Positions 57,376 to 64,000 of a stretch of DNA of 64,000 nt are shown piece after piece; the stretch's first letter is position 1, and each line of letters starts with the position of its first letter. Source of the stretch: a virus (lineage: Duplodnaviria; Caudoviricetes); the IMG/VR virus record IMGVR_UViG_3300010399_000008, positions 501 through 64,500 of that record. One strand, given 5' to 3'. Under the pieces are notes generated by a model that was given only the letters and a program-made list of their open reading frames with translations, searched no databases and was not told the origin of the DNA. The translations under genes were made by a program, and so were the position numbers.

Positions 57376-57897
57376 ATGAGTGGCATTATCTACATCGGGA
57401 TCGACAACGACGTGATTCTTGACGAACTCAAGAACAGCCGAACCGATGCGTTCGCAAACTCGGCTACCGTCACGTTCACGCTCTACCGCCTACTCTGCAA
57501 GGATGCCGTGACTACCGCACTGAGCACGACGATCGTCTCCGCTGGTGAGCCGTTCGTCTCGGGTGACGCAGCACGCTCAGTCGTGGTACTGGGTGCAGCA
57601 GCCAATGGTGGAGACTTGCGAACCACGATTGCCACCTACACGGACACAGGACACGTCATCCTCACCGCCGCGCCGAGCGCGACGACTACCAATACCGAGG
57701 TACGTATCTCCGTAACTGACGCAACAGCGATCACCATGAGCTATGTAGCGGCCAGTGATGGCCAGTATCGAGGCACAATCGACGAGGGAGTGGTACTGCA
57801 GAACGGAGCAACGTACTGGATCGAAATCAGTGCCGACGCAGGTAGCGACGTAAAGGACTTCCGGTCGTTTGACGTGGTAGCTCAGTACAGGCAATAA
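57376..57897 (+). CDS. Putative structural protein
   Basis: Thr-rich; ATVTFTL...M.YV..S.G.YRG. Confidence 0.55.
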   Translation: MSGIIYIGIDNDVILDELKNSRTDAFANSATVTFTLYRLLCKDAVTTALSTTIVSAGEPFVSGDAARSVVVLGAAANGGDLRTTIATYTDTGHVILTAAPSATTTNTEVRISVTDATAITMSYVAASDGQYRGTIDEGVVLQNGATYWIEISADAGSDVKDFRSFDVVAQYRQ

Positions 57898-58074
57898 GGA
57901 ATGACGAGCGAAGAAGTCTATCACCGCTGGCTACTGGAATGCGTGCTCATTAAGTGCTGGACGACGCTCAAGTGTGCAAAGGAGCTTGGCGCTGATCCAA
58001 GACAGGTCCGATTTGATTTAGACGCTGCACTTGCTGCATTGCCAAGGGTTAATCGCACAACTGGTAAGTGATAC

Positions 58075-58485
58075 ATGCCAAACGCATTACCCACAGCGTG
58101 TCGCTGTGGAGGTAAGAGGATCAATGGGACATGCGACAGGTGCGGTGCAGGGCCGCATACCCCACACCACAGAACTACTAAGCAACGAGGTTACGGCAGC
58201 GACTGGAAGCGGCTCAGTAAGCGGATAGCACATGAGCAGCCATTGTGCGTCGTATGCCTCATGCTAGGGAGATACACAGCGACACAGCACAGGCACCACA
58301 TTCAGAAGATCAAGGATGCGCCTGACAAGAGGCTCGATAGAAACAACGTCCTGAGCGTATGTGCAACGCACAACAACGAGCTAGACGCGATGTACGAGAG
58401 GAATCGAGTGGGATACGACAAATGGATTGATGCGATCAGGGACGCGATGAAGGCACGAAACGGAATTACCACCGGGGGAGTGTAG
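58075..58485 (+). CDS. Packaging-associated HNH endonuclease (gp74-like)
   Basis: RGYG.DW..L......PLC..C, HHI, RLD..N..S.C..H; immediately before cos/terS. Confidence 0.88.
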   Translation: MPNALPTACRCGGKRINGTCDRCGAGPHTPHHRTTKQRGYGSDWKRLSKRIAHEQPLCVVCLMLGRYTATQHRHHIQKIKDAPDKRLDRNNVLSVCATHNNELDAMYERNRVGYDKWIDAIRDAMKARNGITTGGV

Positions 58486-58548
58486 ATTGTGGCGCCGAAC
58501 GCGCCGGGCGACCGTCGCTCTGGCGCGAGAGCATTTTCAGTGAAAATG
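58474..58548. other. Candidate cos/packaging site
   Basis: G run, dyad CGCGCC..GCGAC-C-GTCGC..GGCGCG, palindrome CATTTTCA-G-TGAAAATG between HNH and terS. Confidence 0.55.
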
Positions 58549-58558
58549 GGTAGTTTCG

Positions 58559-58951
58559 ATGTCAGGTAACAACAGAAGCGGCCGAAAGCCGGAAACGCCG
58601 GTGGATTCGCTGGACCCGAAAGATGTTCCGGTGAAGCCGAGCGGCATGTCGTCCGAGGCTCGCAAGTTTTGGGACCGGTACATCGTCAAGGCGAAGCACC
58701 TGCGGAGAGCAGACACGGCACTGGCACAGGCATGCGCAGAATCGTGGGGGCTATACCGTCAGGCGTTTGAGTTGGCGAACACACGACCGATCGACAAAGA
58801 CGCCAGAATCGCAGTCACCCAGTATTTCACGCAATGGAAGACAGCGCTCGAGCGGTTGGCACTAGACCCTCTCGGGAGAATTCGCGCAGGGAAAAATACA
58901 GTACGACCAGACACAAAGAATCCGTTAGGAGAATTTGGCATTGTCGGCTAA
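58559..58951 (+). CDS. terS: Terminase small subunit (P27-like)
   Basis: SGRKP, P..MS.EAR.FW, D..L...A......Y, L.LDP..R. Confidence 0.8.
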   Translation: MSGNNRSGRKPETPVDSLDPKDVPVKPSGMSSEARKFWDRYIVKAKHLRRADTALAQACAESWGLYRQAFELANTRPIDKDARIAVTQYFTQWKTALERLALDPLGRIRAGKNTVRPDTKNPLGEFGIVG

Positions 58952-60734
58952 GAGTCTTGAGCAATTGAAGATTGACGTGAAACGCAACGGGTGGCCGTGG
59001 CCAATCGAACACCCGAACGATGAGCGTGCTCTGCTGGATGGCTGCTATCCAGACTTTCAAGCTGCTGAGAGAGTGCGAAACTTCTTTAAGAAATGTTTGT
59101 TTCTCCCAAAACGACAACGTGTAGATGAAGACGACGAGAATCAGTCGAGCAGAGTTCAGCCTTTCCACCTCCTCGACTGGTGGTATCGGGACATCATTGC
59201 GCAACTGTTTGGCTGGAAGCAGCGTGATGGCCGTCGGCGGTACGATAAGGGATTTATCACCACGGCTAAGAAGAGCGCGAAATCAACCGTACTCGCTGGA
59301 CTACCTCTGTACATGATCCTTGCCGATGGTGAAGAAGAGGCAGAAGCCTACTCAGCAGCAGTCGACCGCGATCAGGCATCATTGATTTTCGTCAAGACAC
59401 TTCGCGCCGTTCGACTTTCTCCATATCTAAAGAAGATTTGCCGCGAACAAGAGACCAAAAAGATTATTCGCCACGATGCGAGCGGTTCGTGGTACGAAGC
59501 AATCAGCAGTGACGCCGACAGTACCGAAGGGAAGAACCCTCACTTGCTAATTGTGGACGAGGCGCACGTTGTCCGTGATCGGCAGTTTATTGATTCACTC
59601 ATGTACGGTGACATTGTTCGCAGTCAGCCGTTACTGCTGTTCATTACCACAGCCGGCGACGACGAACAGACGGTTGGCTTTGAAGAGTACGAGGCCGCCA
59701 AGGCATTGCTCAATCCAAACGATCCGTACTACGTGCAGTCGGTATTTGCGTACATCGCGGAGGCATCTGACCCGCAAGCATGGGATGATCCAAAATCGTG
59801 GCTTGAGGCAAACCCAAGCCTCCGTGGTGAAGTAGACGACCTGAGACCGCGGCAAGGCGGAGATCTTCCAGCGACACCGCGAGTCATCGGCAGCATCGAG
59901 AAATTGCACGCCAAGTTACTCGAAGCGAAGCAGACTCCCAGGAAGAAGCGGAAGTTCATCCGGTACATCTGTAACCGCTGGATTATGGAATCGGAAGAAA
60001 CTTGGCTTGACCCAGATTCATGGGATTTATGTGGTGACAAGATTCCGTCGCACATCGGAGAACCGTGCTGGTGCGGGCTTGATTTATCCACGCACCGCGA
60101 CCTGACAGCCCTGTGTCTTGCATTTTGGAACGACGATGACGGGCTGGATTTGCTTTGGAAGTTTTGGACACCGAAGGCCCGTCTGAAAAAGCACGAGGAC
60201 GAGTGGCGAGTGCCGTTGCGGATGTGGGTAGAAGATGGATGGGTAGAGGCGACAGACGGCGAAAAGGTCGACTATGCCTATGTGCGCCGGGCGATCAGCG
60301 GCGCCATGTTCAATCCAGACGGTTCAAGAAGGCCGGATACGTTCAAGGAATGCGTTGCGAATCAATATTCGATCCAAGAGATTGCTTTCGACAATTGGAA
60401 CGCAACGGAGCTTTGTGAAAATGAATTGTTTGAAGCCGATGGCATTCCGGTACTCATGCACTCCCAGGGCATTGCATTGATGAATGAACCGTCCAAGCGG
60501 TTTGAGACGATGTTGCAAGAGCGGAAAATTCGACACGGAAACAATCCGGTAGCGACGTGGCAATCGCGGCACGTCATTGCTCCAGAAGACGCGAACGGCA
60601 ATATCAAACCGCATAAAAAGAAGTCTCGATGGAAGGTCGATGGTATTGTTGCGGCGGTAATGGCTGTCGGTCGAGCTACAAAGAACGTTCCGCAAGAGTC
60701 CTATTACGAATCGCATCCGCTGGAGATGGCATGA
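58935..60734 (+). CDS. terL: Terminase large subunit
   Basis: KKSAKST Walker A variant, AVDRDQA, G.NPH.LIVDEAH, ITTAG, GLDLS...DLTA, FD.WNA, H.NNPV..W, KVDG.VA. Confidence 0.95.
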   Translation: MALSAKSLEQLKIDVKRNGWPWPIEHPNDERALLDGCYPDFQAAERVRNFFKKCLFLPKRQRVDEDDENQSSRVQPFHLLDWWYRDIIAQLFGWKQRDGRRRYDKGFITTAKKSAKSTVLAGLPLYMILADGEEEAEAYSAAVDRDQASLIFVKTLRAVRLSPYLKKICREQETKKIIRHDASGSWYEAISSDADSTEGKNPHLLIVDEAHVVRDRQFIDSLMYGDIVRSQPLLLFITTAGDDEQTVGFEEYEAAKALLNPNDPYYVQSVFAYIAEASDPQAWDDPKSWLEANPSLRGEVDDLRPRQGGDLPATPRVIGSIEKLHAKLLEAKQTPRKKRKFIRYICNRWIMESEETWLDPDSWDLCGDKIPSHIGEPCWCGLDLSTHRDLTALCLAFWNDDDGLDLLWKFWTPKARLKKHEDEWRVPLRMWVEDGWVEATDGEKVDYAYVRRAISGAMFNPDGSRRPDTFKECVANQYSIQEIAFDNWNATELCENELFEADGIPVLMHSQGIALMNEPSKRFETMLQERKIRHGNNPVATWQSRHVIAPEDANGNIKPHKKKSRWKVDGIVAAVMAVGRATKNVPQESYYESHPLEMA

Positions 60735-60883
60735 AGCTCATCCCCGATATCCTTGGTTTTGGTGGCGCTGGACTCGTGACCTACGGTCTATACTTGTTGC
60801 ACCCATCGGCAGCGTGGATTGGTGCCGGTGCTCTGCTAGTGTTCCTTGGCGTCATGCGCAGGAAGCAGGTTCAGGCTAAATGA
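60731..60883 (+). CDS. Small two-TM protein between terL and portal
   Basis: D.LG..G..L..YG..L..P.AAWI..G, typical of HK97-like phages. Confidence 0.7.
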   Translation: MKLIPDILGFGGAGLVTYGLYLLHPSAAWIGAGALLVFLGVMRRKQVQAK

Positions 60884-62565
60884 TTACCGAGGCTATCGCA
60901 TCACTGTTTGAAGGATTCACGACACCGCGATTCGTCAATGCCTCGCTGGAGAATCCTGCGTACAGCCTGAACGATCCGGCTGCCTACGAATATCTCGGCG
61001 GTGGCATGAAGTCGGCGTCTGGTGTGACGGTGACGCACGAAGGCTCGCTGTCCCTTGCTCCCGTCTGGCAAGCCATCAGCCTCATCAGCGGCGACGTAGC
61101 GAAGCTTCCGAGGTATCCGTACAAGCGAATGCCGGACGACGACCGCGAGATTGACGACAAGCACCGCGCCTACGTGGCAACGTCGATTCGCTGGAACAAG
61201 CTCAAGGCGGCGTTTCTTGGCTGGCGCGATTTGATGGTGCATGCTCTCTTGTGGGGGAACGGCTACGCCTACATTTCATGGGTCAATGGCAAAGCGGAAC
61301 TTTACAATCTGCTGCCGGATCGAACCGCTCCCGAGTGGATCGAAGTCGACGACGAATCCAGTCCGCTCGGCTATCGCTTTGAGCTGGTTTACGTGACTGA
61401 GGTTGCCGGACAACTAAAGACGCTGCTGCCAAGTCAGGTACTGCACATTCGCGGCATCTCATTGGACGGGACAAAAGGCGCAGACCTCGTGAAATCGGCG
61501 CGGGACGCCTGGGGGTTGGCACTGGCGGCTCAGAACTTCATTAGCAAGTTCTTCAAGAACGGCGCCCGCATGGGTGGCACCCTGGAATTGCCAGCCGGGA
61601 TGGAAAAGAAGGCTCGCGATACGGTTGAGGATGGTTTCCGCAAGAGTTACGAGGAAGGCGACAACCCATTCAAGACAGTGATTCTTCGCGAGTCGGCGAA
61701 GTTCCACGCTGGCCAGGTTACTCCCGAGCAGGGACAAGTCAGCGATCTACGGGACATGCAGAAGCGAGAGGTTGCCAGTTATTTCAATGTCCCGCCGTCG
61801 AAGCTCGGTGTCATCGACTCGGTGAGCTACAACAGCTTCGAACAGGATAACCTTTCGTACCTGTGGGGTTGCTTGCATCACTGGCTCGCGACGATCGAAG
61901 CCGAATGCAATATGAAGTTGCTGACCGAACGGCAGCTATTGGACGACACTCACTACTTCGAGCACAACGTCAGCAAGTTCCTGCAAGCCGACTGGAAGAC
62001 TCTCAACGAAGGCTTGGCGATCATGCGCCAGAACGAAATCATCAACGCCAACGAATGGCGGCGCAAGCTGAACATGAATCGCCGCAAGGATCCTGGTGGC
62101 GAAGATTACCAGAACCCGAACACCAAGAGCGCTGAATCGCAAAAGCCACCGGAGGAGTCCGATCCAAAGAAGGACAGGAAGCCGAACACGGCAGCACATC
62201 GGGAACTGTTCGTCGACACGGTATCGAAGTCCGCAAAGCGGATGGGACACCACGTCCGTGAGCACGCCAAGGACCGTAGGAAGTTCTGCGAATGGCTCAG
62301 CAGCAATGCCAAGCGAGACCGAATCGAATACGAGCAGGCGCTCCGTCCGGTGGTCAAGGCATACACCAGCATCTTCGGCGGTGAGACGGAAACGATCTGC
62401 ACGGCTGCACAAGAGGCTTTCTTTGCCGCGGTGATTCCCGAACTGTCGGCATACATCGAAGCACCTTACGTCGCAGCCGAGTTGATCGTGAACGTGGAAA
62501 AAACAATGGATCACTTCGAAAGGTCCGCGGGCGAACGTATCGCGGCAATCATTATCAAACTATGA
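60880..62565 (+). CDS. Portal protein, HK97 family, with C-terminal extension
   Basis: V..AI.LIS.DVAKLP, LLWGNGYAYI, VLHIRG, FF.NGA..GG.L, F.VPP.KLG, NEWR. Confidence 0.95.
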   Translation: MITEAIASLFEGFTTPRFVNASLENPAYSLNDPAAYEYLGGGMKSASGVTVTHEGSLSLAPVWQAISLISGDVAKLPRYPYKRMPDDDREIDDKHRAYVATSIRWNKLKAAFLGWRDLMVHALLWGNGYAYISWVNGKAELYNLLPDRTAPEWIEVDDESSPLGYRFELVYVTEVAGQLKTLLPSQVLHIRGISLDGTKGADLVKSARDAWGLALAAQNFISKFFKNGARMGGTLELPAGMEKKARDTVEDGFRKSYEEGDNPFKTVILRESAKFHAGQVTPEQGQVSDLRDMQKREVASYFNVPPSKLGVIDSVSYNSFEQDNLSYLWGCLHHWLATIEAECNMKLLTERQLLDDTHYFEHNVSKFLQADWKTLNEGLAIMRQNEIINANEWRRKLNMNRRKDPGGEDYQNPNTKSAESQKPPEESDPKKDRKPNTAAHRELFVDTVSKSAKRMGHHVREHAKDRRKFCEWLSSNAKRDRIEYEQALRPVVKAYTSIFGGETETICTAAQEAFFAAVIPELSAYIEAPYVAAELIVNVEKTMDHFERSAGERIAAIIIKL

Positions 62566-62828
62566 GCACAGCCAAAAAATACAATTTCCCAGTGCAGACT
62601 CCCCAGGGACCGGGCGTTGTCAGTATCTCAGCCGACGAATTCAAGCAATGCCCATGCGGCTCGGAGTTATTCCAGGTACTAAACCGAGTGGCGTGGCTCC
62701 ATCCAAGGGGCATTATCGGTGCTGAGCCGATGTGTCTGAAGGTGGAGGTTTTCGTTTGCAACACATGCGGCCGCGAGATTAGTCACAGCGACAAAACAAT
62801 CCGCGAACTACAAATCGCGACAAACTAG
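62562..62828 (+). CDS. Small Zn-ribbon-like protein
   Basis: CPCG...CNTCG. Confidence 0.6.
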   Translation: MSTAKKYNFPVQTPQGPGVVSISADEFKQCPCGSELFQVLNRVAWLHPRGIIGAEPMCLKVEVFVCNTCGREISHSDKTIRELQIATN

Positions 62829-62838
62829 GAGCAGAACG

Positions 62839-63693
62839 ATGAAGACGGCATTTGATGAATACCGGGAAGAGTTGACAGCTGTCGGACTGGACGAATCCCA
62901 AGCAGACGCGATTGTCCGGGCCCGCAAGGATAAACGGAGTACGACCAAGTCCGGCACAATCCGAATGGAAAAGAAGGATGGCGAAGCCGAGTTGCTCTTG
63001 TATGAAATGATTGGCTTCGATTTCTGGACAGGTGGAGGCATGACTCCAAAGAAACTGGTTGATGACTTGGCTGCATTGCAGCCGTTCGACAAGTTGACAA
63101 TCCGCGTGAACAGTCCAGGCGGCGACGTGTTCGATGGAATGACGATCTTCAACATCCTGCGGCGACAAGAGGCAAAGATATCTGTAGAGGTCGAAGGATT
63201 GGCGGCCAGCGCGGCAAGTTTCATTACGCAGGTTGCCGATCCTGGAGAACTGAGAATCAGCGAAGCCGGGATGTTTATGGTGCATCGCGCTTGGGGTCTC
63301 ACCATCGGCAATACGAACGACATGCTGACAATGGCAGAAGTGCTGGACAAGATCGATGGCCAGATTGCGGACATCTATGCCGGCCGTTCAAAACGAAAGG
63401 CGGCGACTTGGCTTGGTCTGATGGATGAGGAAACGTGGCTCACTGGCCAAGAGGCCGTCGATGCGAAGTTGGCGGATGAAACCATCACGACGAAGCGGGT
63501 GGCGGCGCATTTGGATCCGTCGGCGTTGAGCCAGTACCGTAACGCACCGAAAGACATTGCAGCTCGTCTTGCACTATTAAACGAGCAACCACCATTGAAC
63601 CATGACAAGCCACCAGAATCACCCAAGCGTAATCTAAAAGTGGCTGCTGCGGCTCGCGTGCGGATGCTCGAACTCGAAGAGGCTGCCAGATAG
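62839..63693 (+). CDS. ClpP-like (S14) prohead maturation protease
   Basis: RVNSPGGDVFDG..IFN.L, GLAASAAS.I, MVH.AW, M.EETW....EAV...AD. Confidence 0.93.
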   Translation: MKTAFDEYREELTAVGLDESQADAIVRARKDKRSTTKSGTIRMEKKDGEAELLLYEMIGFDFWTGGGMTPKKLVDDLAALQPFDKLTIRVNSPGGDVFDGMTIFNILRRQEAKISVEVEGLAASAASFITQVADPGELRISEAGMFMVHRAWGLTIGNTNDMLTMAEVLDKIDGQIADIYAGRSKRKAATWLGLMDEETWLTGQEAVDAKLADETITTKRVAAHLDPSALSQYRNAPKDIAARLALLNEQPPLNHDKPPESPKRNLKVAAAARVRMLELEEAAR

Positions 63694-63915
63694 ATGCTTT
63701 TCACAGTCTTTCGAGACCGACTGATTATCGAAGCCGTGACGCCATCCGAAGGATTTTGGCTGCACGGTGTGATGGAGGAAATCACCGGGTTCGGATTCGA
63801 TTGTCGCAACGATGTGCAGACGAATCATTGCAAGATCCAAGTGCCGTTGAGAAAGCAAGGCGAGTTGAGCGACTTCGACAAAACGTTGCTTGCAGCGCAA
63901 GAGGAGATAGCGTGA
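63694..63915 (+). CDS. Hypothetical protein
   Basis: 73 aa immediately after the protease. Confidence 0.5.
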   Translation: MLFTVFRDRLIIEAVTPSEGFWLHGVMEEITGFGFDCRNDVQTNHCKIQVPLRKQGELSDFDKTLLAAQEEIA

Positions 63916-64000
63916 ACCGTCGCTCATTCATCGCGTGGCTCTCGGCACTTCCGATTGTCGGTCGGTTCTTGCCAAAAAATCCGTTGCAGAAGATCGACAT
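63912..64000 (+). CDS. Truncated ORF with twin-arginine-like N-terminus
   Basis: GAGGAG SD; MNRRSFIAWLSALP...; runs off the window end. Confidence 0.55.
   Translation, partial: MNRRSFIAWLSALPIVGRFLPKNPLQKID

Noticed and set aside
53332-57897. Diversity-generating retroelement acting on the adhesin genes
   Set aside because: No reverse transcriptase and no TR/VR repeat pair seen

Overview
The whole window is one temperate, siphovirus-type (HK97-like) phage genome, apparently almost complete and circularly permuted: it opens at the major capsid gene and closes just after the prohead protease. The order is head/neck/tail (229-15713), tyrosine integrase with an intact attP-like tRNA-Asn 3' fragment (16516-17532), an early operon (solo tnpB, two csrA homologs, Cas4-like nuclease/Sak4-like ATPase/SSB, HNH, replication initiator with iterons, DnaC-like loader, RusA), about 45 small ORFs (28.5-41.7 kb), a Ro60/Y-RNA locus, a cluster of exported and envelope genes (trypsin protease, CxxCH protein, SNase, metacaspase) with no recognisable endolysin, a second virion-protein cluster, then HNH-cos-terS-terL-portal-ClpP protease. 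Several signs point to a Planctomycetota host (inferred). The stand-out is 41788-43766, a Ro60 (Rsr/TROVE) gene preceded by three tandem Y-RNA-like elements: a 60-nt minimal Y RNA, a canonical YrlA-type tRNA mimic, and between them what reads as a circularly permuted Y RNA. That middle RNA is a normal-order tRNA body with free Gly-like acceptor ends, in which the Ro-binding helix replaces the anticodon arm. Other notable non-coding structures are a double-pseudoknot/kissing-loop RNA (51824-51909), an anti-RBS switch before the tail chaperone (8105-8241) and a GGA-rich CsrA-binding leader (20036-20292). All calls come from reading motifs and base pairing by eye; no searches were run.
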